DNA of 64,000 bases from a virus (taxonomy: Duplodnaviria; Caudoviricetes): positions 41,543-105,542 of IMG/VR virus record IMGVR_UViG_3300021254_000027; one strand, written 5' to 3'. Made by a program: the position numbers and the translations under genes. Each line of letters starts with the position of its first letter. Position 1 is the first letter of the stretch. This document shows positions 14,044 through 28,600 of this stretch, in pieces. The notes under the pieces are model-generated. The model did not search any database, had not been told where the DNA came from, and was given only the letters and a program-made list of their open reading frames with translations.

Positions 14044-17000
14044 TTAAGTTGATGGTGTTGTAGGAATAGCAGAAGTTTTAATTTTAATTGTTGTAGACCC
14101 ATTATTATTGGTTCTATCATAACCATCATATTTTTGTCCAACAGTACCATTATTAATAGTAAGAGTAAACGTACTGGTTGTTGAATTAATTTTTCGCTCT
14201 GCTAATATAATGCTACCATCATAAATACGAGCAGTAATATCTGCTCTAGTTACCGTACCATTACTCCAACTTAAAGCTCCACCAGTTAAAGTTAGTGTTA
14301 AAGTTTTAGTTTTAGTACCGGTAAAAGAAGTACCATTATCATCTAACGCAATAGTACAAGATGTACTCCCAGCAGTGCTTTTAAGCGAGAGGCCCTTAAA
14401 CCACGTCGTATCTTTCATATCAAAAGATGCCTCATCCGACGTGGTTTTATTAAAATCCGCATCACCTAGAGTTAATGATACTGTTGATCCACTTATATTG
14501 AATGTGGGTTTATGAGTATGCTTTAATGAAATATCCGCACTAGATGAACCAATCTTATAAGTTAAAGTTCCAGCACTAAATTTCATACCTGAAACTCTTG
14601 AATTGATACCGTCTACAAGATAAGACAATGCTTGATTTATACGTAAATTCGCACCCAAGCCTAATCCTGCAGCAACACCTGTTAAATTACCCATACCTCC
14701 ACTAATAGTACCAAAACTAGCTCCAACAGGAATATCAGTTCCATTAAATTCTAAAACTGTTGTTCCACTACCAGGAGTAGATTTTCCAGTAATGGTATTT
14801 CCACCATCACTATCTGCGCCACCAGTAACTCCAAAAGTAACATAAGGTAATTTTAATTGTAACTTAGTACCTATGCCTAAAAAACTATTACCAGCACTTG
14901 CAGTAACTCCAACACCACCGTATAAAGTATATCCATTTAATAAATTGCCCATAGCACCGCCAAGAGCGTTACCACCGCCATAGGCACCGCCAGAGCCTCC
15001 TGAAGATCCTCCACCAACAGATTTGATCTATGCGGCTAACATATTTACCATTTCCCAAACCCAAGATTTAGTCGCCAATTCATCGCCTTTTACTTTAATT
15101 TCATTACAATAAATTGTTCCAGAATTAATATTATTAGCAGAAATTAAATCGCCCCACATATTCCATCTACGAGTAGTAGTGCCTAATGTAGCACGAGTAA
15201 TATTCTAATCATGCAAAAAAGCAGTTCCTGTTGGGAAAAATACTAATCCATAATCATCAGAGGTTACTGGAGTTACTGACATTGTATCTGTATAAATGGT
15301 TTCTGCATTAAGATCTTGTATATGATTAATAATAGCAGTCAAAACATTTTCAATACAAGTAGTTAATCTATCAGTACTATATAAAGACAAAACAATATTT
15401 TGTAAAGTGGTTAAAGAAGTATTTAAAATACTTTCTGTTAATTGTATTAAATTAACAGATTGCATAATCTTAAAAACTTGCTATGCTAAATGTTCATGAT
15501 CATTTACTTTATCTAAATTTGTAATAAAAATAGTGCGTAAATTATTAATAGATGAAAGTTCTGCATCAATCTAATTATTAAATTGAGCTAAATGTAACTC
15601 ATTGACACTATTATCAATAATATCATTAGCAATTTCTATGCCATTATGATTAATCACTGTTGTTAATTGATTCTTTACATTAGTTAATAAAGTTTCTAAA
15701 TTATTATTATTATATGTTTCATATACTGTATTATACTAATCGTAATCATTTGCTGTTACTGTAATACTTCGAGTTTCTACTACAAGAGTATATTGAATAG
15801 TCGTTGTTTCTTCTCCATTATTATCAATTATTAATTCTTGTTCCATTTGAGGCAAAATAGCATAAGTAGAATTAATAGTATATGTATTTGTTCTAGTATT
15901 ATATTCAACATTATTGCGTGTAAATGTTTCAATCTAACTATCAGTAAAAGGTGTTGTTGATGTATATTCTTTACTTTCAGTTAATGTTGTACTTAAAGTG
16001 TTTGTCCAACTTAAATAAGCATCAGTAAATCTGATCCAATCATATCCAGCGTTATAAAAATCCATATAATCAGAATATAGTTTTGTAACCGCAGTTTGTA
16101 AATTCCTTACTGTATTATAATAATTCTAATATTCATCGATTTCTTCTTGATTAGGATTAGGCTAATCAGTGCTAATATCATAAACAGTACCTTTTTCAAC
16201 AGTTAAGCCATCATCTAATAAACCAGTTACAATAGAAATACCAATATTTTCATTATTACTATCATTACGACCCGAATCAAAAATTTTAAATTCATTTGGA
16301 TTTAATAATGACTATCCAACTACTTGAATATTAGAAGTCTAACTCCAAGTATCTTCAATACCAGTTAAAACAGCATCTGTTGCACTCTTATAATAATATT
16401 TATATCTTGCGCCACTAATTTTTTTAGTAATCTATTGATTTTCTGTATAAACACCAAGTAAATTACTAAAATTATCTTGTACATTTGTAATACCCTACAA
16501 CCAAAATCCGCCAAGATTTAAAGTTCCTCCAGCAGTTCCAGTTAAACCATTCACTGCCATTAAAGAGATAGTACCATCACCATTAATTACTGTTGCGCCC
16601 TTACCAAAAACTAATTTCTAATTTTTAGCATCAATTATAATAGAATGGTAAATATTTGCATTCGCGCCATCTGGTGGGTCAATATGCTCTGGATCATCAG
16701 GATCATAAGGTACAGTTCGCAATGAATTTTTATCAATTATCCATCCTCCGATATTACCTTTAGTAGATAATAAAGTACCATCCATCCGTACTCCAAATCG
16801 AATTTCAGCATCACCTGCATAAATTGCGAATCCACCACGAGATCCAATATATGCTTCATTATAAACAATTGGGCCATCATTAATACCATTTGGCAATAAC
16901 TAAATTGTTTTATTCTTAATAGGAATAATAGTAGATAAATCAGTATCATCAATTTGATTACTAAAAATCTAATTACTTATTCCCGGATCACCTAGATATA

Positions 17001-20000
17001 TTATACCAGAAGAATTTTTCTATGTCAAGCCAAAATCTCCAATATGCCAAGGTGAAGTTGAACCAATTGTGCCTGCGCGAGCAGTTAAATATCCTTGCCA
17101 ATTAACGCTAAATAAAGGTTTAGTATTCGGTGAATATCCAGCAAAAATAGCATATTTATTAGCATCATTCAAAATAACTTCATTAATTCGTTTATCTTTT
17201 ATCTAATCTAAAGAATTAGCAAGATCATCATATAAACTATTACAATCTTTTATATCTTGATTATATTTAGCATCTAATTGCTTTTTCTTTACATAATACT
17301 CATCATAATTACTATTTTCTTTTAACCAAAGAGCACCTGCGGCAAGCATTTCATCATACTGTCTGGTATAACCATCTAAATGATAATTATAATACGCTCG
17401 TGCCCATTGAGAAAAATCTGTTAACCAAGCAACAGACAAACACTCATCATGACTAGTATCTAAAACGGTATGCAGATATGAAGGAGCTCCAAAAGCTTGC
17501 CACTATGCCATCCAAGTTTCATTAGAATCTTTCCCGCCATCTGACGAACCATAATATGTATTAGCAATATAAGTACATTCTTCGCTAAATAAAAATGGCT
17601 GTGTATTAAATGATTCAATACGCATTCCCTTTCCAGAAGTATTATATTCTTGATGTACATGAAGTGTTGTTTTATCAGCGCTCTAAACATCTACGTAATA
17701 ATAAATCCGCGTGCTATTATCATTGCCATAAGAATCTGACCATAAAGCATTAATTACATAACGACAAGCAGTTTGAGCACCGCCTATATATGCGAGACTA
17801 GGCTACCCATTTCGCCAATGAAAATGCGTACCAGTTCGCTCTTCTTTTGAGAAATACTCAATTAATAAAGATTCTAATAATTCTTTAGATACCATATCTC
17901 CATCAGTTTTAGATATCGCTTCATTAATAGCTAAAGATACGTTATCTGCCCAAGCAGCTTGCATATAATAATGTTCAGGATCATACTAAAAAATATGCGT
18001 ATAATATGATCCTATAAGATTACGTAATTTTTGTAAATAATTTAAATATAAAAGGGTTAAATCCCGTTCACGTTCTCTATCTAATATGCTTTTTTTAATA
18101 TTAATTTCTGTATTTAACTATGTTAATTCACTTAGATCATTTGTAGAATACCCTAAATACATGTAACGACTATCTAATAAAGTATCACCAGTATGTTTTT
18201 GATATAATCCTTGATTGCTAATCATCCAATTACCAATTTTACCATATCGAGCAATAATTCCACCAGAAGTCAATACTCCATTATTGGGGTCAACAATAAA
18301 ATAATCTTTGGTTTCATCATTTAAAAATTTATTTGCCCAAGCTGTTGATAACTCTAAACTATCTACTCCCTCTAATGGAGCCTAAGAGCTTTTTTTAGCT
18401 TCTGCATATAAAAAATATTGTGAATAGCCTAAATGATTTGTTAAATCAATAGAACCATCAGAAGAAATATTATATGTAATTGGATCTAAATTAATATACG
18501 CGGTTTTATCAACATTACTAATTAATGATTGATTACCATTAAATACAATTTGTCCCCGTCCAGATTTACCAATAAATCCAGTGCCATTTGTACGGAATCC
18601 AAATACTTGTCCGCCTTTTTCTAATCCATATATTCCAGGAATATCAAGAGATGCATCACCATAATCAGACCAGTTACCCATAACTACGCCAGTAAAAGCA
18701 TTATTATTATCTTTCGCTCCGGCGCTAATCATTTGCGCAAGAACCGCATTTTGAGCCTCATCTATAGTTAATTTACCATCCCAAGAATTAAGTAATGATG
18801 AACTATAAAGATTGCGGCTAAATGGTATAGCCTATTTAAATGTAACACCATTTTCTGTCCATTTCAAAATGGTATAATAATATTTCATATTATCGTCCCA
18901 ATACCAAGGACTATCATTAGTAGTATTGTGCTTATATGGATCTAATGAATATTCAATATGTCCAGGCAAATAATTTGCTGCCGCTTTACTTAAATCAATA
19001 AAACGAGAATCTCTTAAGTTCGCTGCAGCAGCTCTAATACTATCTAAATCACCGACTATATCTTGCTCTAAAATATTAGCAATAGTAGCGTTATATTCAT
19101 TTTGAATCATTTGTTCTAATTCTACATAGGTAGAAGAACTGCTTCCAGAAAATGGGTTTTTATTAAAAATCCAAGTTTCACTTCCATCTTCTGCGGCTTC
19201 TTTTGCATAATAAAGTAAATAATTATTATTCGTTGTAATCGCTTGTGAAAAGATTGGAGTTTCTTTTAAAGCTAAATAATCTGGCGTGGTTAATTGATTC
19301 CACGTACCAGCATTGTTTTTATACTAAATTAACTCCCAAGTTGGATATACATCTACAAAATTTTGTCCAACAGTTTGAGTTACTGAAAAAGTACCAATAT
19401 TACTTAACGGCACTGATCCATCTGATTTAAACTCTACACGATTTGGACAGCTAACACTATATTCCGCCGCTGCATCCGCGTCTGAGATTATTTTAAATCC
19501 TGCGACATTAGATAATATATAATCTGCTGCGCCTAAAACAGTTACCTTAAAAACTGGCGGCATATCATTGCGTAAATAACCAGTGATTTTATTACCAATA
19601 AAGAACGATCCATTTCCAATTGTCCAATTCTATTTATTATTACCTTCTTCATCTTGGAGTTCTTCTTCAGCGCTCTCAGTAATAATAGTTGGAGAAAGAC
19701 ATTCCCAAGAAAAAATATATTTACTGTTCTAAGATTCTTCCGCAGTTTTTCCTTTTTCTACAACATTCGCTACAATAGAAAATTTTTGATTCTAAACTAA
19801 AAATTCTCCTTCTGGTGCGAGTTGAGCAAATACAATAGTATATTGACTACCCATACTACCAGCTTGTCCAAAATGTAACTCAATTTGTGGATGATAAGTT
19901 TTACCTTTACGAGTTACAATCGCACCAATTGTATTATTTAAATAAGCTAAATCTAAATAGCTTTTAATCTTAAATTTACGAGTAATCGCACGAATACGAT

Positions 20001-22566
20001 CATTATATAGAGAACTAGCTCCTTCTAAAATAGGCGCTAATACGCTATTTGATAATTCGGCATCGGTAGGGACTGCCCACTAATCAATCATACTTAATGA
20101 TGTAGGTGGTTGCCAATTAACTTCTACTCCATTATCATCTGGATCATAAGTCATTGGAGAATAATTGCCAGTATCATTATTACGAATCCAAACCTACACA
20201 TAATACCAATAATCATTATATCTTACATTGTCTTTATCTTTAAGAACATAATTATTTTCATCATAAACATAAAAATCTCGTAAGCTATTATCTTCTACTA
20301 TATTAGTAATACCATTTTCATCAGTTTGTGCCCGCAATAATCTAAATGTAATTTCATTTAAACTATCAAGACTGCTAGTTTCAATAGAAGAATCTACATT
20401 AGTAAAAATAAGAGGCTCGGTTTCATATGGCACATCATTTACAGTTACTATTGCTTTCCATTGTTCGCGTGCGCGAGAAGCATTAGGAGTTACTCTATAA
20501 GTATCAAAATCTTCTCCAGTAGTAGACTCTAAATATTTCCAATTTAATCCGCCTTGTCTCTCAGCTAAGACGCTAGTATCTTGCAAACATCCATACTCAT
20601 AATGATACCATTGAAGCTTAGCTCCTACAGCATCTTCCCAATATTCAAAAGAAGATAAATCGTTATCATTTTTCTTTGCATAATGAGTAATTAAAATTGC
20701 TCCAGCATCAGTTAAATGTACCCAAGCAAATTTTAAAGTTTTTTCAGTTAATAACCATTCATATCCAGGCTGTTCCGCATATTTATTTGTTATTTCTTTT
20801 ATTTTTGCACTTTTTTCTACTGTATTTAAAGTCGAATCATTCTAAATGCTTAATATAGCTTCTTGATAAGTGCTATATTCTTGGGTATAAGTCAAAGCAT
20901 CTGTACCGTATTTAATATCATCATAAGTATATAAAAATACTCGATCAGTAGTGCATTCATCTGTTGTTAATCCCAATAGTGCAGATAAATTACTTACTTG
21001 AATATTAGATGGAATATTTTCATAAGGTATTTTCTATCCATAGACGTCCCAAAAATCATGGTCTTGCCAAAAGAAAACTCTAATTGATTCAAGAGTAAGC
21101 ATATTAGAAATATCAAAAATCTTCTATTGAATTGTAGGCTCATAAAATCCATAAGTATTACCATACATATCTTCATTAGTAAAATAAAGAGTCTGAATTG
21201 TAGATACAGATTTTTCTTCTTCAGTTGGACGAGTTTTCCCTTTTAACTCAATACGTAATCCATATCTTCCTCGCGCAGGACGATATTTTGACAATAAGGT
21301 TTTAAAATTTGCCGAAATCCCTAATTTAGTTTCAGCTAATGGGATAGTAGGATTTTCATTATCCCACTTCCATAAAAAATTTTTATTGTCTACATCTAAA
21401 CTAGTCGCCTCATAATAATCATTGATTGATTGATTATATGCGGCGACAGTAGAAGAATATGCTTTGTTAATTGGATCAGTATATTTATCATATACAGATT
21501 GTTCATAAGTTTTTAATAAATTATATTCTTCTTCAGTCCAATAATAATCAGTATCAATATGAGCATCTTCTAAATACTAATCAAACATATTTTCAAATTC
21601 GATGCTCGTCGTATCTGCATTATTTAAAACTTGCCCCAAAGCATTTGTGTATAAAAAGTCTATTAAAGAAGTAAAAGCCTTTTCATAATTTGTTGGTTCT
21701 GATTCTGTGCCATCAAGAGAATTGTACTATAACTAAAGTTCATTAATTCTTTTATTATGCTATTCAATCAATTGATCTATCTGAGCCTTACGTTCTTCAG
21801 TCGTTAAAGATGTATCTTGAGCAATATCCTATAAAGAATTACGATATTGTTTTTCGGCATCTAAAATATTTTCTTCTAACTCTTTAACTTTTGCTACAGT
21901 TAAATACATTGCACTCTACTCAGGGCTATAAAAGTTTTTTGTCGTCCAAGAAGTAGTCACATCATTTAAATGAGAAGATGCAATGTAAACTCCTCCATAT
22001 CGATTATAATGAGATTCAATTGAACCCTATAGTCTTTGATGATATCTATTATACACACTTAAAATATTCTAATATGTTGAAATTAATGAATCATCATATA
22101 GATTTTTTAAAGAATCTAACTAATTTATATAATCTTGTTCATTTTCAGTCTTACATCCATGTTCTGGTTTATTGGCCAAATAACCTTTTGATGTAAAAGT
22201 CGAATCGTGTGTTAAATCTTCTAAGCCGACAAATCTATCAAAAGGCATTTTGAAATTAAAATTGTAAGTTGCTGCTTCGGTGCCAGCATCTACTTTTCTG
22301 CCAATTATATATTTTTGTTTAGTAAAATCTCCCATTGGAACCATTACGTAAACGACTTCGTTTTCATAATAAGTTGCAGTATCTTGAGTATACGCATCAA
22401 ATTTACCATTTTCATACTCTACTTTATAAATACCTTCACTCTTCCGAGCAGTAGAAATTACCTTTGCTTCAATAGTTTGGTCATACTTATATTTTTTAAC
22501 AATGTTCTCTGATACAATACTAATTGCATCAAGTAGATTATTAGTATTAATTGCCAAACTACTCAC
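14044..22566 (-). CDS. Giant tail-tip/central fibre protein (~2840 aa with TAG=Gln)
   Basis: Track ORFs starting at 22566, 20586, 19563, 19110, 18732, 17439, 16896, 15465, 14952 are in one frame and all end at TAG except the last (TAA 14044); contains GxIGxW beta-repeat motifs. Absence of internal TAA/TGA only spot-checked. Confidence 0.7.
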
Positions 22567-22634
22567 TCCTTTTTCTCTACTCTAAAAAATTTTCAAAAAT
22601 CCACCCAATAAATTAATAATTACTACCCATAAAT

Positions 22635-22669
22635 AAAAAAATAGGGCGAGCATTGCTCGCCCTATTTTT
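22635..22669 (-). terminator. Intrinsic terminator after the tape measure gene
   Basis: ATAGGGCGAGCA-A-TGCTCGCCCTAT stem flanked by A/T runs. Confidence 0.8.
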
Positions 22670-25600
22670 ATCGTCTCCAAGCATACTAAGTTGCTTGGTT
22701 AATTAGATCATTAAATGCCATTTCAATTTCATTATGATCAGTGACATTCGGGAATTCAGCAGAGATTGAAACATTCTATTCTAGCTCTTGTGGTTGCATA
22801 TGAACGGTTCTAACAGAAGCGAGACTACCAAGTCCATATAACATACCAAGTGCATTATCCATTACCGCGGATTGTAATAAATCAAATACACTAGAATCAA
22901 TAGAACGAACAAATTGAACCGCGCTTAAAATCTTAGAAGTATCATCTGCATTTAACATTAATTCTGGACTACTAGAACTACCATCTACCCAAGCTGGACC
23001 AGTATAATCTACTAAACCACCTGATAAATAAGTAGGAATATTATTAGTATAAATTGTATTATAGGCTGCTTTTGCTGCATCTTTAACCGCTTTCTATTCT
23101 GCGGCACTCATTTCATCAGTAATAAGATTTTGAAATTGTGCGTCAATATCAGTCATAGCTCCACTTAAAGCGGCTGCTTTAGTATGATAGCCATCACTCA
23201 TACCACTTAAAATAGCTCCATTATAATTATATTGCCATCCATAAGACCAATTTTTATTTTTTGCAATAGCACCGCCACCGCCTCCCTAAATAGCGGTATC
23301 TATCATTGTATCTGTGCCCGCTACTTGTTTAATCGCACCTGCAGCAGCATTAGCCAATTCTTCATACTCTTCAATAAGGGCATTAAGAATTTCTGCATGT
23401 GCAACCCAAGCATCAGTAGTGTCATTTATATTATATAAGGTTTCTTGTAATGTATTATTAATTTCTGTCATACCATCTTGAGCGTGCGCGACAGCTTCAT
23501 CATAATCATCAATAGAAGCGGTCATATCTTCCCAATTTAATCCACTTTCAGAAGAAATATTATTTAAATCTTCTGAATAGGCATGTAATGCTTCATAAAT
23601 TGAACCGCCAGGCTTCATTTGCTCTTCTAAATATGTCGCATAATCAGACAATCCAGATCCCATCATTAATTGACGTACTGATTCATTAAGCTAATCTTGC
23701 AGTTTGTTAGCATTATCATATATAGAAGTTCCATATCTCTATTGTACATATTGCTAGTTAGTTAATAAAGCATTAGTAGCATTTACATATTGTTCTTGTA
23801 AGAATTGCATTGTTTCATTATGCTGTCTAGTTAATTCTTCCATTTTCTATTGACGCTCTTCAATAGTTAAAGTGGTATCTTGAGCAATACTTTGTAAATT
23901 GTCTCTATAATCTTGTTCTACTTCTAATACTTTTTGCTCCAATTCAGAAGTACGATTCGCCGCAAGTTCATTAATCTATTGTAACATATCATCAACTTGT
24001 TGCCGTGCTTTATTAACATCATCTTCATTTGCCGTATACTGATAACCAAAATTACCATTTTCGTCGCGTGTTAATCGAACTGTAGATTTTGCATTTTGTG
24101 CTTCTTCTAATGCCTATAAAGCAAGAGCGTGTTTATATTGAAGCTCCATCATTTGTACATCATATTCTGTTAATTGATTCTTTTCTGCCATCGCATTAAT
24201 TTCTTGCTGCAATGCTCTTAAGCGTTCTTTACTACGCTTTGTTGTTGAATCAGCAATACTATCTTCAATATCACGATTTAATTTAGCTATATCATGTAAT
24301 TCTTTAGCTGTTGATAAATACCAAGACTATTGCTCTTGATAATAAGCGTATTCATCTTGTAAACTAGACCAAGAATCCTTTAATCCGCTAATAGCCTCAT
24401 CAAATGCTTCAACCGCTGCAGCAACAGCATTTTCAAATAGAGCTTGCGCATCAGTTAAGGCATTATTTGTATATTTAACTAATTGATCCTCTTGATCTCT
24501 AATATGCTCACTTAATTCATCCCACTATGTCTATAAAATTTTAGGAACCTCATTTTCTGCATAAACTGACATTTGCACACGTAAAATACGTTCTTGCTCT
24601 TTTAAAGTGTTAAGATATTCATGCGCAGAAGAAACATTAGCATTACTATAACGCAACTATGCTTCATACATTGTCGTTAACTCACGATAATTTTGTCCTC
24701 GTCCCATAAGCTGTTGCATTTCAATATAATTTGCAATCATATCTCGTGCATGACCTAATGTATCAATATGTTTTTGCATTTCTTCATCAGCTTTATCTAA
24801 AGTTTCACCATAAGTTTCTTCAATTTGTTTCTATAATTCATTAAGATTTTTAAGCTATTCTAAAATTTTGGAATTTACTTCATTCATGCCTGTTGCATAT
24901 TCATTGTCCTATAAAGTACCATCCGCTCTAAGATGAATAAGCTCTTGGTATTCTTCATTAAGTGCGGCTAAATTATCTTCATATAATAGACTTTGATTAG
25001 TTAAAGATACCATAATATCATCTTGTCGCGCCAAAAAATCTTGCCATTTATTTTGGAAATACTCTAATAATTTTATATCTCGTTCATTAATTTCTGCACG
25101 AATTTGAACTTTATACTGAATCCCTTCTAATGCAGTCTATGAAATTTTGTTTTCATTTTCTAGAATATCATTTTGAATAGTGTCTATTAAATCTAAATCT
25201 TCTTCGTAATTTTTAAGCAATTCTTCTGCGTCTTCTTTTGCTTTTTTGGCGGCATCTAATGCTAATTGATCTTTTGCTGACTAACTTGACTAATTAAATT
25301 TATCCACTGCTGCATTATACTGACGAATAATACGATCCATATATTCACTATAATTTACAGTACCATCGTCATTAAGTATTTCATTACCAAATTGTGAAAT
25401 AATCTAATTTTTATTAATACTAAAATTAGTCCGAGCTTGATTTAAATATTCTGCTTGTAATGCGTTTTCTTTTTGTAGCGCTTTAATTTCTGCATTAATA
25501 TTTTTAAGATGCTATGCGCCATAAGCACGACTTTTTAATTTGTCAATACGAGCTAATAAATTACTCTATTTTTCTAATTGATCACGAATCTCATGATAAC

Positions 25601-28600
25601 GTTCTTTTTTTGGAACTTCATATTTTTCGATTTTCTTTTTGCCACCTCCGCCGCCACCTCCGCCGCCTCCGGATCCTTTTTTACCACCGCCACCTTTGGC
25701 TGGAGCTCCTTTCTTACTTACGGATTCAATTCTTGGTACCCATAATTGTTCATTTGTATCTGACATAGAATCTGCTGAAACAGGATTATAACTACCATCA
25801 ATATTTAAAACATAACCAACTGTTCGCATTTCTGTAACTTGTTTAGCACTATAAGGGCCATCCCATACAATTCTAGGCTCCCAACCAATGCCATTTAAAG
25901 CAGCAGTAATCTAATCTGCTGTCATAGTGCCACTAGACAATAAATTATTAAGAGTTGTCATAATTTTGCCTTCGGCACTTTGAGTATCAGCGTCTACAGT
26001 TAAAGTAATATTATCCATGTTATCCCATTGATCAAAAGCGCGTTGGAAAAAAGAATCAACATTATTCAACTATTCAATAGTTCCTTCTTCATCAATAGGA
26101 ATTTCAATTGGATCAATAGGAGTATTTGTTAATTCTTGCGCCCGCATATAAGCCTCAATAAAATTATCTTCAATCGCATCTTGTGCTGCTTTAGCCTCTT
26201 CTTCTGTTCCTTCTGCCATAAGTCTAAAATTATCAATATTACTTTCAACAAAATTTTCAACTTCTTTTGTACTACCCTTAAAAGCTTTTTTTAAATCTTG
26301 TCCTAATAATTTTGTTGCTATTTTAGTTAAATCCTAAAGACCCTTTCTCCAAGTTGCGGTTCCTTTTTTACTGCTATCAGCCATTGTTTTCCAAGTTTCA
26401 TCTGAAATTTCTGCTAAATCTTCTAATGCCTATTGATATAATCCTATTTGTTTTATAAATTCTGCCAATTCAACTGCACGATCAGATAATTCTCCTGGCT
26501 CTACATCTTCAAAATTACCCATTTCTCGAGCTCGATTTTCATAATAATCCCAGTCTTCTTCAGATAATCCGGAATTTTCTTTAAGTGTATCAATGTTAGT
26601 TCGATAAGCCTCTTCTGTAAAATTTGTTTTTTGATCATCTGTTGGAGCGAATTCATCAGAATCTAAATTAGCAATATCTGCATTTTCAATTAAAGCAACT
26701 TCAATGGTATACTGACCAGAAGCATTTGTCCCAGTCATATGCGCTTCATAATAACTGCCATCTGGATTAATGCCCTAATCACTATTAATTAAATCAATAT
26801 AATTTTGAGCTGCTTCTGCAGAATCAAAAGTTGTTTGAATACTCATATTAGAGTCTTTACCGAAACGGACATGATCACCTTCAGTTAATAATGTTCTAGT
26901 CCCTCCCTATACTAATTGACCTCTTTCATTTAAAGTATATCCGGCATTTATTGCATTTGTAAAACGAGTTAAAGACTCTGCTGCTCTATCTGCGGATGTT
27001 GCTAAGTTAACATTTGCTTGTTGTAAAACCTCTTCGCCGACTTGATCTAAATTATCTAAAGTAACATTGGCAAAACCTGCATTATTTAATGCAGTTACAA
27101 GGTCTTGCCGATCTTCAATTTTCCACTATGAAAAATTTTCTTTCATTGCTCTCTAAACAATAGCTTGATCTTGATCAATTTGAGTTTTTTGAGCATTATA
27201 ACTACTTTCTCGTTCTGCTTTAAGATCTGATGAGTAACGCATCCAATTAACATTACTAGATAAAATGGCTTCAGAAATTTCATCAGCAATTGCTTCTCTA
27301 GTTCCTAATGCTTCAACGTCTGCTTCAACCAACTATTCAATTATTGATGCATTTAAGTCTCTTTGAGCAAATCCATATTTACCTTCATTTTGAACAATAG
27401 TGCCATTATTTAATAATCCCTAAGCAATTGTTACTAATGAATCAAAAGTATCAGCATTATAATCTTCACCAAGCTCTTTAGCAATGGCCTCTCGATTAAC
27501 GAATCCTTCTGAAATATTTCCTTGGCCTAAATCAGAAGCTATTTCTACAATTTTTAATAAAACATCAGGATCATCAAGAAATTCTATAGCATGTGGGTTA
27601 TTTTGATAAAATTCAGTTCTGCCTTCTTTAAATCTTGTTAAAAAATCATCTACTGTAACATTCTAAATTCTTCCATCCGCTGTAGCTGGTAAATATTGTA
27701 AAATTCCAGTATTTAAAGCCCCGCTATTTCGGAATGAACTATAACTAATTTCATCTAATACAGTAGATAAAAAATTTGGATCTAACATTTTTTGAGCTAT
27801 TACTTCAACTCCTAATTCTGGATGTTTTTGAACATAAGCTCTATAAATTTCTAATAATTCTTCATCAGATAAAGTATCAACAATAGATTTATTACTATCG
27901 CTATCAAATGCTTCTGCTCTTAATTTTCCAATGGCAGAAAAAATAGTTTTCCATCGACTTAACATCTATTGTGCCTGAGCTTCATCATGGGCATCAATCT
28001 AATCATACACCCCTATAATAATATCATAAATTTCCGCCCAAGTAGAATCAGCTTCATTTTTAAACTTTGTTAATGTTTTACTATATTGATTTTCAAATGC
28101 ATTTATAAAAACGTCTAAACTTCCACCCGAAGCGAGGTAATCAGAAACATTTTTATAATCTCCTAATTCTGATAGTGTTGATTTCACAATTTGATCAAAT
28201 ATTTCTCGCTAAGCATCATTTAAAGAAGGATCATCCCAAAATTCACCATCTAAGTATTCTGTTGTAAATTTTTCAGTAGCAATAAATAACGCAGCTTGAT
28301 TTAGAGCTTCATCAAGAGTTGAAAAACTTTCTTCCATTAATACTATACTATGATCTAAAGAATCAACTATCTTATATACAACTTGATTAGTTTCTTCATC
28401 AATAGTTGTAATAACATCCATACCTGCCATATGTAAAATATCTTTTTTTGTATTTTGTGAGTCCGCAGCAAACTATTGTCTACGATTAACATCATTCCAT
28501 CCAAATAAATTTTGGTCATTCTAATAAGCCTACCAAGCATCATCAAATGTTGCATACTAGTCTTCTTCAGAACGGCCTTCATTAGCCATAGATAATAATA

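Noticed and set aside
25640-25700. CCGCCACCT-type microsatellite
   Set aside because: It simply encodes the Gly-rich linker of the tape measure protein.
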